Origin: Cycas panzhihuaensis | Taxonomy: Eukaryota; Plantae; Cycadophyta | Assembly: GCA_023213395.1 (NCBI GenBank) | Contig: CM041465.1 | Coordinates: 149,489,741-149,553,740 of the forward strand | Length of the DNA: 64,000 bases | Direction: 5' to 3' | In this document: piece after piece, positions 28,056 to 39,375 of the stretch | How positions within the stretch are numbered: the first letter of the stretch is position 1 | Layout: the number at the start of each line of letters is the position of its first letter | Program-made: the position numbers and the translations under genes | The notes under the pieces: generated by a model | Told to the model about the DNA's origin: nothing | Seen by the model: only the letters and a program-made list of their open reading frames with translations | Database searches by the model: none

Positions 28056-28186
28056 ACTTTGCATTTTTTAAGCATCTCAATGGTATTTTTCTACTAAATA
28101 AAGGTTACAAACATGAAAAATAAATATAACAAGGCATTTTATACTCATTTTAAAGAGTATTATGAAATTAAAGATCTAAAAATAGA

Positions 28187-28384
28187 TCATGGAGAGATGG
28201 TATCATTACAAATTCATAAGCATAATCACCAATATTAGACATGAATCCAACCTCATATTTATACAGAGATTTGGTAGGTGGAAAACCCCTTTGGGGGATA
28301 AAAAATTGCTTTAGAAATATTAGATTTTATAATAATAATAATAATAGATTGACACAATGGATATGTGTGAGAATCTCAAGATCT

Positions 28385-28423
<39 letters not shown>

Positions 28424-28634
28424 ATTTTTCAGCCAGCCTAACCTCCTTCTAACATACCTAGCCCAAGTCAACAATGTTTGAAAAAATTTGGGAGAAAGAT
28501 AGGTAGGAGTTCATTAAAATGAATGGTTGCCTATTTCACCGAACTTTTAGTAATACATTATTTGACTTTTATAATAATTACATTTATCAAAGGTTAAAAG
28601 ATAATATTAGATTAAATAAATAATATTTCTAATA
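28187..28634 (-). repeat. 3' LTR of outer Copia, with expanded (CT)n at 28389-28420
   Basis: Colinear with 57169-57591. Confidence 0.92.
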
Positions 28635-31000
28635 TATCCCTTTAGTGTTATCTTTTATACGATAGATGATGAAGAAGATAAGAAGTAGATGATGAAGACT
28701 TCAGAATGTCGATTCCTCTTTGATAAAGACTTCATCAATCTTTAATAGTTCTCGTAACTTAACAAACTTAGCTTTAGTCAATGGCTTTGTTAGGATATTA
28801 ATAATTTACAACTCTAAAGGATGATAAGACAGATTAATAGTATTATCATTTACAAGATTACGAATAAAATGATGATGTGACTTTAAGTGTTTAATTCTAG
28901 AATGTGCTACATGATTAATGACTATAGAAATTACACCTTGATTATCAATATTTATTTGAATAGAGGAGTCAAAAAATAAACTAAGTTCATTTAATAAAGC
29001 TTTAATCCAAAGAGATTCTTTGTCGGCTTCTATCAAGGCTCGATATTTGACTTTTATCATAGATAATGCTAATGATTGCATCTTCTTGTTGGACTAAGTG
29101 ATTGGTGAAGAGTTGAGAAAGAAAACATAATTAACTATAGATTTTCAATTATTGGAGTCACTTGCCTAGTCTGAATTTGTATATCTTATTAACTTAAGGT
29201 CAATATTACAGAAGTTATAGTTGAAACCATGATACCTTGAAGGTAACATAAGATTCATTTAGCTATTTTCCAATATGAATCATGGAATTTGTATATGTAC
29301 CTAGAACACAACATAACAATATAGGAGATATATGGGTGAGTGTGGGTTAGGTAAATGAGACTACCTATTAACTAATGATATATCATATAATCACAAGGTA
29401 GAGATTGACAATCAGTTGATAACTTTATACCTAACTATAGAGGAGTTAGGGCTGGCTTTGCATTTTCCATATTAAATCTTTTTATTAGATTAATAATGTA
29501 CTTAAGAAATTAATATTTTTTATTCTAATTAATAGATTTATAGGCCAAGAAAATAATGTAGGAGACCTAAGTCTGCCATTTTAAATTTACTCATTAGAAT
29601 GAATTTTAATTGATGAATATGAGAAAGTAGAGATCTAGTTATTATAATATCATCGACACAAAGAATTAAAATGGTAATTCTATTATTTTGACATTTGAAA
29701 TAAAGATTAGGATTACTAATATATTTAGTGTATCTATTTTAAAAAAGGTAATCATCGATCTTAATATACCAAGCCCTAAAGGCTTATTTAAGACCATATA
29801 GAGATTTTTTAAGTTTACAAACGAGATTAGGATTAGACACAAAACTAGGTGATTAAGATATATATATATATTTTCATTAAGATCACCATTTTAAAAAGTG
29901 GTATTTACATCAATTTAATATATTCGCCAACTAAATTTGGTTACGAGAGAAATAATTATTTTAATTGTATTTATTTTTATGATAAGAGAAAATGTTTTAG
30001 TATAATCAATACTATCAATCTAAGAAAAACCTTTGGCAACCAAATGAGCCTTATATTTTTTTATTATTTCTTCTAAGTTATATTTAGTATGGTAAACCCA
30101 TTTATAGTCTACCAAATTTTTATCTGGAGGTAGTAGAACTAAATCCCAAGTTGAGTTTTTCTAAAGAGAATCATATTAAACTTGCATAACTTATTGCCAT
30201 ATAGGATTATGACAAGCTTCTTTATAAGTTTTATGATCATTATTAGCTATTACTTTATCCATTAACGCAAAGTTAGCTTATAGTTTCTATGACTTGGTTC
30301 TCCTAGTATCTAATAGATCACCAATATCAAAACTAACAGTTAAAAGGGTTTTGTGAGCCTAAACTAGTTATTTATTTCATGAAGAAGAATCATATGTGGA
30401 AGGTTGATTAGAAGGATTAGTTATATCATAATTTATTAAGGTCTAATTCTAAACTTGAGTGAATAAGTTTTTAATTACTTTATTGTTAGCTTATTTGTCT
30501 GAAAGGTTTGTTAAGTAAGTATTAGTTAATAGACTTTCGATAGAAATTTCCATTTGATTTGTGTTTGATGAAGATCCCTCTTCATAAAAAATAACAGCAC
30601 ATAAAATTATGATTTTATGTGTAATGGGATCTAGTAACTTATAAGCTTTGCTTTCTTCATTGTATCTTACGAATATCAATTTAGAACTTTTAAGGTCTAG
30701 TTTATTATATTTTTCTTTAAGAATATGTCCCTAAGAAAGACTTCAAAAAACTTTCAGATGTTTTATGGAAGGTTTATGACTATACAATTTTTGTTCTAGT
30801 GTAATATTTTATAAGGACTTACTTAGTAATCGATTTAACAAATAATTGGAATAGGTAATTACTTCAGCCCATAACTTTAAGTTAAGACCTTTTGCATATA
30901 ACATATATCAGGAAGTATAAGCAATGGAATGTTGAAATTATATTCTTTGGTATTATCAGATCTAAATAATTTAATTTTTTAATTAGATTAGTTTTCAACC

Positions 31001-31740
31001 TGTTAATGTGGCAATTGATTGTTAAGCCACTATATTAATATTAATGTAGTTTAATTAAGGTGATTAAGCGAAAATATGTGACTTATTCGGAAGGTCACAA
31101 CCCTAATTAGGTGACACCATTTGAAAGAGAATAAAAGCTTTGAGGCCTTGTGTATTCAATGTATCACACAATTATACAATAATACATGTGATCTAGGAGG
31201 ATATTTTATGGTGGGTTTTTTCCTGAAAGGGTTTTCCTACGTAAATCTTGTATATTGTGCATCTATTTCCTATGTGTGTTCTTGTTTGCTTGTTATGTAT
31301 AATTAAAGATCCTATAGATGGGAACATACCTATTTGATTTCATGTTCCCAAACATGGTATCAGAGCTATAGGATCCTACATAGTTCAAGCCTGACGTTGA
31401 GCAGAGTGATGAGATTACCAATTGCCGGGTGAAGCTGTCAAACACAGGACTTGTCTTGAGGGTCCATCATTTCTAACAATGTGTAGAAGCAAGCATAATA
31501 AGTCAATGGTGGTTGAAGTGAAAATCATTATTCAATGGAGCATAAGGGTTTATTAGAGTCAATATTCAGGCGCGAAGGCCACTGTTATAGTTTTAGTTGG
31601 CTCGTTGGGGGCCATTCGAAGTAGGTTAATGATTTGTAAGATTGATTTAAGCTAGTGGAGCATGTACTAATGGTGATTCAACAACTATGAGAACGTCCAA
31701 GCTTGTGTACATGTAAGTCCATTATACTTCTCATCAAAAT
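31001..31740 (+). mobile_element. Copia A: 5' LTR (31001-31354), PBS and start of 5'UTR; same family as 9349-19301
   Basis: TGTTAATG...AAACA followed by a perfect PBS tggtatcagagc at 31355-31366; LTR and UTR resemble the reverse complement of 18560-19301; inserted in the outer Copia integrase. Confidence 0.85.
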
Positions 31741-32188
31741 TGTGAGGAATGCTAATGTTAGTTTTATATTTATATTAGTTTTATCTTTATGTTATCTTTT
31801 ATATCACATGTGTAAATGTAAATTTAAGTGATGTAAAGGTTTAATCTTATGAAGTTTATATTAATATTTAATTATTATGTGAAGGTCATTGAAATGCACA
31901 ACTGCCCATTTCAACAAACCTCTTTTTCTACAAATAGCCTGTCTTAGATTCTAGGAATTGGTTCTAAAAATCGAGGAGGCTGTCAAAAGGCTGGTTTATG
32001 TATGTATGGTTTCAGGTTTCTTGTAAATTTTCTAAGTTAATAAAACATTAGATTAGTAAGGTGGTTTTTCTTCCCCAGAAGGGGTTTTCCACCCGTTAAA
32101 ACATTGTGTACATGTGCAATGTCTCATTTCACCTATGTATGTTAATTTCTTTGATCATGTGATATTGTATATGTTACCTATTCTCACA
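31741..32188 (+). repeat. 5' LTR of Copia B
   Basis: Direct repeat of 38693-39124. Confidence 0.95.
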
Positions 32189-32222
32189 TGGTATCAGAGC
32201 AGTGCTTTGACTCGTTAGGTTC

Positions 32223-32591
32223 CTAAACCCGATCCACTAAAGCCTCCATTCTTGTAGGTCTTGATGTACAGTTTGAAGTCACAGTGTTTCCCTTAGTTGC
32301 AATATTAGCAGAAGCTGAAGCTGATGATGCACGAACTAAATGAACTGTATGATCATTTTGCAAACCATAGCTTTCCAGTGAATTATCGTCTTTCAATATT
32401 CATCCCTTGTAAATCAATCTCAGCTGGTCTGCTGAAACATCATATTTTGAGGCCAAAAACACCTTAAAAGCCCCAATGCTTGACCCAAGATCTACCTTAA
32501 CGGTAAATTTGGATCCATTAGAGTATCTTATGTGAATGATGCTCTTTCCCACCCCACTTGTCTCAACTCCATTATTCTCCTCACTTTTTAT
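32223..32591 (-). pseudogene. DSK2: Captured N-terminal ubiquitin-like (UBL) domain fragment of a DSK2/ubiquilin gene, antisense within Copia B
   Basis: One frame reads [68 protein letters not shown], matching plant DSK2 UBL (IRCSNG.KF...QQRLIYKGRILKDD.TL.SYGLQ.DHT.H.VR). TGA at 32400-32402 replaces the conserved Arg; no STI1 or UBA domains follow. Confidence 0.92.
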
Positions 32592-33249
32592 CCCTCCCCT
32601 ACATGGGAGGACTATCAGATAATATGGACATGAATTAAATTTAAAATTAAGATTAAATCCTACCACTAAATTCCCTCAAGCTTCTTTAGGATCATAGATT
32701 TGATGAAGAAAGAAACATAGGTCGCTGGTTCAAAGCCTCTGAGCGGTAGAAACCCTACGAGCATAGATATTGCTCTAGAATCCACAGCCTAAAAAACAGA
32801 GAAAAATAGGGTGTAAAGGAAGAGAACTGCGGGGGTCAAAGCTAATCACTGAAAACAGATCTTCGGAGTTATTGCGGGCCACAGACGTACCGACCAACAT
32901 TTGAAACCTGATCGAAGAGAAAGCCTGATGAGGGAAGGATTATAAGTTTGCAACGCCTTCGTTCAAAAATCCTACTTGCTCTCAAGAAACCCCAGCCAGC
33001 CATAAATTTGGGTTGTGCATGAGGATGGATCACAAGATCCTCTAAATTGAATCGCCTCACTCTTTAGAACCAAATGAAGACACAATCGGTGTACCATTAC
33101 CATACATCTGCAACCAACAATCGTCAAAGAGGTGCCACCATGAACAGGTTTACCAGATAGGGTTTCCTCCCTTACCCCCCTCAGATCCCAAATGTTCTTT
33201 AAACTTAACTTTCTTTTATAAATAAAATAATTTGGTCAAGTTCGTGTCG

Positions 33250-33900
33250 CCCTAACCCCCTTCATATATATATATATATTCATTTCAACCTTAGAGTAAT
33301 TAACATAAACCCTCTCTTATTACATTTTAAAATTCTATCAATCCCCCCCTACACTTTATTATTGATCTATAAATTAATATTAACCTGCCCCTCCTATTAC
33401 ATTTTAATAATTTAAGTAAAACCCCTTTATTATATTAACCCTTCTCCTTTACTATACATTAATGTTAAAATAAGTACCCCCCTTCTACACTTTAATGTTA
33501 ATTTAATTCCTCCCCTTACTATAATGTAATATAATTATTACATTTACCCCCCCTTTTCTTTAGTACCCCCCCCGCCCACACTTTATTATTAAAATTATTC
33601 TCCCTTTATTATATTTGATTCATAAATCAAAGTAATTACTTTAATGTATTCATATATATATATATATTTTATTCAATTAAAATTTCTTAATTACCCCACT
33701 TCATTACATTTTATTAGTACATAAGCCCCCCCCCACTATATTTTATTAACCCTCCTCTATTACATTTTAAGATTAAAAATAGTTCCCCCTATTATATTTC
33801 ATTTATAAATCAACACTATTACCCCCCATTAAATATTTAGATATTAAACCTCTTTCCACACTAAATTTATAGATTTTAATTATGCCATTTAAAACTCTAA
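33250..33900. repeat. Degenerate ~35-40 bp tandem array (C-tract plus tattacatttta) in the Copia B 5'UTR
   Basis: Recurring cccc(c)..(t)attacattt / tacactttatt units separated by AT-rich spacers. Confidence 0.7.
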
Positions 33901-34443
33901 TTTAAAATAAATAAAATCAATAAAACTCTCTTTTCTAATCAAATTAATATATCTTTAAAACTATATATCTTTTCCTTTTTTGCATTATTATTTTTTCTAA
34001 AATTGTGGAAGACTTATAATAAACTTTACAAACTATTGCCTGCTAATTGTTAACAGTTAATCAAAAGTCTTTTAACTTATTCATATCTATTTATCAAAAT
34101 AATAAAATGCGAATCTAAATACTTTAATTCATAAAGTATGTTTTATAAGTCTTAAAATAAACACTTATTTTGTTTAATAATTGAACAAGTAAATTATTTT
34201 TTAAATATATTTTTTTAATTAATAAGGGGACTATTAACTTTTTTTAGGAAATGGGAACATTTAATTTTTTTTAGGGGAAGGGTATCCAAACAAATAACAA
34301 TGATTTTTAGTTTCTTAAAAATGTTTGTGAAATACTAAAAGGATTACTTTAATGCTTAGTAAATTTTTTTATGTGACTTTTTTTTTACGTACATCTAGAT
34401 TTTCCAAATCTTTTAACTTCTAATCATTCCTATAATTCCCAAT

Positions 34444-37400
34444 ATGGCACTAATGCCAGGGACAACCACCTGCATTCTGATTCTAATTTTAACCAGCTTA
34501 AACTATGCCGACTAGAGGAATCACATATCCCATCAGCTTAAACAACAAAAGATATGGTGATATGTAACAAGTGAATTTAAAAAACCAAAAGAAACAACTT
34601 CAAAAAGCTATATGGTATATCCGATGAACTCTGATTTAGCTCTAGGCACCATCCTGAACTCACTTTCACCAGAAATTAGTCGATAGTTCTCTGAAACAGA
34701 CGATCTAACCACTGTCTGGAATATTCTTAAGGAGAAATATGATAAGGTTGACACACATCAATTGGCTATCCTATAACAGCAATTGTATGACCTTAATTAT
34801 GATGATTTTTCTAAAGTAAAAAACTTTTTATCTAAAATTTAACTAATCAATAAAAACCTAGGTAACTACATTAAAACCAAAACTAAAGTAGGTGATGATA
34901 AACAAATAGTTACACATGCTAAAGACGATGATATGCTTGTTCGTCTTGCAATAAAAAAACTACTAAAACATTTTAATTTTTTCAAGACCACTAGACAACA
35001 AGCTGGTAATCCTCCTATAACTTTTAATCAGTTGACAAACCAACTGATAGAATATCAAATGATGTTAATTCAACTAGGAATATTGGAAGATCCTTCTTAA
35101 GCTTTATTTTCCAAAACTAAGCCTCAAAATAAAACCAAATATCAGAATAACTTCAATAGTAATCCAAAATTCCAGAAACCTCGTAGAGGTTCACCTCTTA
35201 ACTCTCAAAATAATATTAAGTATTCTGGCCCACCTAAATATTAGAATACTTCCAATTAGTCTTTTCCAAATCGAAACACTATTAATCTTTGTTAGAGCAT
35301 TACTTGTGCCTACTGCCATAAAAAATGCCACACTATTGACATTTACAAATGTAGAATAGCTTCATAAGCATAGAAAGCTTCCAAGGGATTGCAAACTTGA
35401 CTATAATCCCAACCATCAAATCGAACACAATTTTATAATCGTTCTTTAACAATAATAACTTCTGCATTTGTTGCTCCAACTAATCAATCACCTCAATGGA
35501 TCATTAACTCTAGTGCTTCCCATCACATGACAGGACACTAGAAAAATTTATCCACTTATCAATCTGATACTAATTTTGAAGAAGAGATTCCTTTTGGAAT
35601 TGGAACTCAACTCAAAGTAAAAGGATCAGGTGATGTTACTTTAAAATACGGTTCAATCAAGGACATCTTTTACGTTCTTGGTTTGTTACCAAACCTTCTC
35701 TCTATTTATCAAATCTTACAAAAAGACCTTGTTGTTGAATTATGGAAAGATAAATTTATTATTAAAGAACTGTTCAATAAATTCAAACCTATTTCCTCTA
35801 GACATGTTGATCATAATACAGGTCTCTATAGTTTAACTAGTTTACAAAATAATAAAACAATGTCCTTTAGTGCCTGTATAGCCAAGTCTGACCTAGTCAG
35901 TAAATTATGGCATGCACGGTTTGGCTATACTACTTGTGACAAACTTCAGTATCTGAAAAGACATGATATGGTTCATGGTCTTCTTACCCTAAATATTGTT
36001 TATGGTGTCTACAAAGCCTACGTGACAGATAAGCAACAAATGGATCCCTTTCCACATCAATCTCAATTTAGAGTGAAAGTTCCACTTGAACTTGTTCACT
36101 TTGATATATGTGGACCGTTCCATGTATCATCATATTCTGGTTGTCGTTATTTCATCATTTTTATTGATGATTTTTCGAGAAAATGTTGGGTGTACACACT
36201 CAAGACTCGTAATTAAGTATTTGACATCTTCACTGAATTCAAAACACTTGTAGAAAATCAATCAAACTTTAAAATTAAAAATTTTAGATATGATAATGCC
36301 AAAAAATACTTAAGTGAAAAATTCACTTCATTTTGTAAGAAGCATGGAATTTAATTTTAGCATTCTGTTACCTATACTCCTCAGCAAAATGGTATTACTG
36401 AATGCAAGAACCATACTCTTGTTGAGATGACTCGATGTATACTACATACAAAGAGTCTTGGCCTAAAGTTATAGGTAGAAGTAATTGCCTGCTCCAACTA
36501 TCTTTTAAACCGTTTATTTAGTAAATGTTTACAAAATGTTACCCTAAAACAAAAATGATCTAGAAGAAAACCCTCAGTTATTCATCTGAGAATTTTTGGA
36601 AGTATTACGTGGGGACACATTCCTAAAGAAAAATACAAGAAACTATATTCTAAAAGTTAAAATTTATCTTTGTTGGATACAATAAAGAAAGTAAAGCCTA
36701 CAGACTTTTGGATATAGTCACACATCAAATTTTAATTTTGCGTGATGTAATATTTAACGAAGAAGGATATTCTTCAACGTTTACTTATGTAGAACTTCCG
36801 ATTAAGAATCTATTAACCAACACTTATTTGGTTAACCCCTATGAAAAATAAGTTGACATTGAGATTATAAAATCTTTATCTACTCAAGTCCAGAATTGGA
36901 CTCTATCTGAACTAACCAGAATAGATTCTTCTTCTCAAACTAGCTCCTCAGCTCAACCTGTGACTATAGAAACAATCACAAATAAATAACCCGTATCCGA
37001 TACTGGATATGATGTAGGTAATCCTTCAGATATTAGGTGAATACGTGCTCAAAAATTACATGCTAACTATGTATTAATGGCTAAAATAATGGCCAACGAT
37101 AATCTGAAAACCTTTAAAAAAGCTAACAACAATTCTATATAGCAGGAAGCCATACGAGTTGAATTTGATGCTTTAAATAAGAATTCAACTTGGGATCTTG
37201 TTCCTTTTCCACTAGGCAAAAATGTAGTTGATTGTAAATGGGTTTATCGAACCAAATATAATTCAACAGGTGTAGTTGAAAAGTATAAAGCTCGCCTAGT
37301 TGCAAAAGGATTTTCTCAAATCGATGGTATAGATTATAATGAAACCTTTGCACCTGTTGTAAAGATGAATACCATTAAAACTATTATTGCTCTAGTAGCT

Positions 37401-38600
37401 AAATTTAATTGAGAAATACATCAAATGGATGTCAAGAGCACTTTTTTAAATGGTGATCTCAAAGAAAATATCTACATGACTCAACCACCTAGTTTTATTG
37501 ACAATTTTAATTTAGTTTGTAAACTAAAGAAATCAATATATGGATTAAAATAAGCTCATCAAGCTTGGTACACAAAAGTTGATGATTATCTAATTCAAAT
37601 TGGATACACTAGATGTATTAGTGATCCAAACCTCTATTTCAAATGTGAAAACGAGAATCTTACCATTTTAATCTTATATGTCGATGATATTATCATTACA
37701 GGATCTTCAAACCACAACATTTATCACTTAAAAACTACTTTAATGAATAAATTTAAATGACCGATCTAGGTCTTCTACACTATTTTCTTGGATTACAAAT
37801 TTACCAATATAATTCAAAAATAACTATATCCCAACTAAAATATATTTTAGCCCTAATCAAACGGTTTAACATGGAAAATGCTAAACTAGTTTCTGATCCT
37901 TTACAATCAAGAATAAAATTATCTACTGATTGTTCCACACCCTTATGTGATCCAACTTTATATAGGTAGCTTATTGACAACCTTATTTATTTAACTTATA
38001 CTCGACTTGATATATCTTATGCTGTTGCTTTATGTTCACGTTATATGCAAAAACCATATAAATCACACCGGAAAGCTGCTAAACGTATTCTTTAATATGT
38101 TTAAATACTATTTTTTATAGACTAACTTATAATTCTTGCAGTAAACCTCTAACCTTAATAGGGTATACTGATTTAGATTGAGCAGGCGACACAAATAATC
38201 ATAAGTTGATAGTAGGTTATGTATTTTTTCTAGATTCCTCACCGATCACATGGTCTAACAAAAAAATTGTAGGTTTTAGCTCTATTGACAACTGAAGCTG
38301 AATATCATGCACTCGTTGAAGTAGGCAAAGAAGCACTTTGGCTCAAATCTCTCCTAAATGAAATTAGTCTATTTTCTAACTCTTCTATAGAACTTAAAGT
38401 TGATAATCAAGGTACTATTGCTATTGCTACAAATCTAGTTACTCATTCTAGAACTAAACATATAGAATTACATCAGTATTTTATTCGTAATCTTGTTACT
38501 GATAATATTGTTCATTTATCTTATTATCCTACAGATCTACAGGTTGTTGATATTCTTACCAAGTCTTTGACTGACATCAAGTTTCTAAACCTGTAGATTT
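34444..38600 (+). pseudogene. Copia B gag-pol polyprotein, disrupted by stops and frameshifts
   Basis: ATG 34444; zinc knuckle CAYCHKKCH ~35305; protease WIINSSASHHMTG ~35497; GAG-pre-integrase LWHARFG; integrase LVHFDICGP..FIDDFSR; RT YVDDIIITG ~37677; RNase H TTEAEY..HSRTKHI. Confidence 0.95.
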
Positions 38601-38692
38601 GTTAAAGATAAAGGAAGTCTCCATCAAAGGAGGATCAACATGATGAAGACCTTCTTTTTCTATATTGTATAAAAGCTAAAGTTAAAGGGGGA

Positions 38693-39124
38693 TGTGAGGA
38701 ATGTTAATGTTAGTTTTATCTTTATGTCATATGTGCAAATGTAAATTTAAATGATGTAAAGGTTTAATCTTATGAAGTTTATGTTAATATTTAATTATTA
38801 TATGAAGACCGTTGAAATACGCAACAACCTATTTCAGTGAACCTCTCTTTCTACAAATAGCCTCTCATAGATTCTAGGAATTGGTTCCAAAAATTGAGGA
38901 GGCTATCAAAATCCTAGTTTCAAAGGCTAGTTTATGTATGTATGGTTTCAGGTTTCTTGTAAATTTTCTAAGTCAATAAAACATTAGATTAGTGAGCTGG
39001 TTTTTCTTCCCTAGAAGGGGTTCTCCACCTGTTAAAACACTGTGTACATGTGTAATGTCTCATTTCACCTGTGTATGCTAATATCTTTGATCTTGTGACA
39101 TTGTGCATGTTACCTATTCTCACA
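38693..39124 (+). repeat. 3' LTR of Copia B
   Basis: Direct repeat of 31741-32188, preceded by the PPT and followed by the TSD. Confidence 0.95.
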
Positions 39125-39141
39125 AAAATATTATAAAAAAT

Positions 39142-39334
39142 TGATAAAAAAAAGGAAAGAAACTAGAAAGGATAAAAGAAAACAAAACAACTATGCGAGG
39201 AAGCAAAGTGAAAAGGAGAAAGGTGAAGACTTAACTAGATCGAAATACCTTTACCTTTTCATGAACGTTGCGATGAAACCTGCAAACACAAAGGTTTTCT
39301 TTCCCTTCCTTCAAGGGGCTACTAGAATACCAAG

Positions 39335-39375
<41 letters not shown>

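Larger units (their letters stand above)
27202..28186 (-). mobile_element. Probable LTR fragment with adjacent PBS and internal tandem repeats
   Basis: gctctttgatacca (tRNA-Met PBS rc) at 27202-27215, TG at 27223, LTR-type motif aaaaccctttcttggagaagatttccacc at ~27260; no partner LTR found. Confidence 0.45.
31741..39124 (+). mobile_element. Copia B: structurally complete Ty1/Copia with TSD, carrying a captured host gene fragment
   Basis: LTRs 31741-32188 and 38693-39124 (TG..CA), perfect TSD AAAAT (31736-31740 and 39125-39129), PBS tggtatcagagc 32189-32200, PPT aaaggggga 38684-38692. Confidence 0.96.

Noticed and set aside
27330-28097. Hydrophobic or repetitive ORFs (27330-27572, 27350-27691, 27888-28097)
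   Set aside because: By-products of the 38 bp and 21 bp tandem repeats; the 38 bp unit is not a multiple of three.
32223-32666. DSK2 as a functional host gene at this locus
   Set aside because: In-frame stop, no intact start codon, no downstream STI1/UBA exons, and enclosed by LTRs with a TSD.
32920-32960. CTGATGAG as a hammerhead ribozyme core (retrozyme)
   Set aside because: No correctly placed GAAA with flanking helices; the site lies within the captured DSK2 leader.
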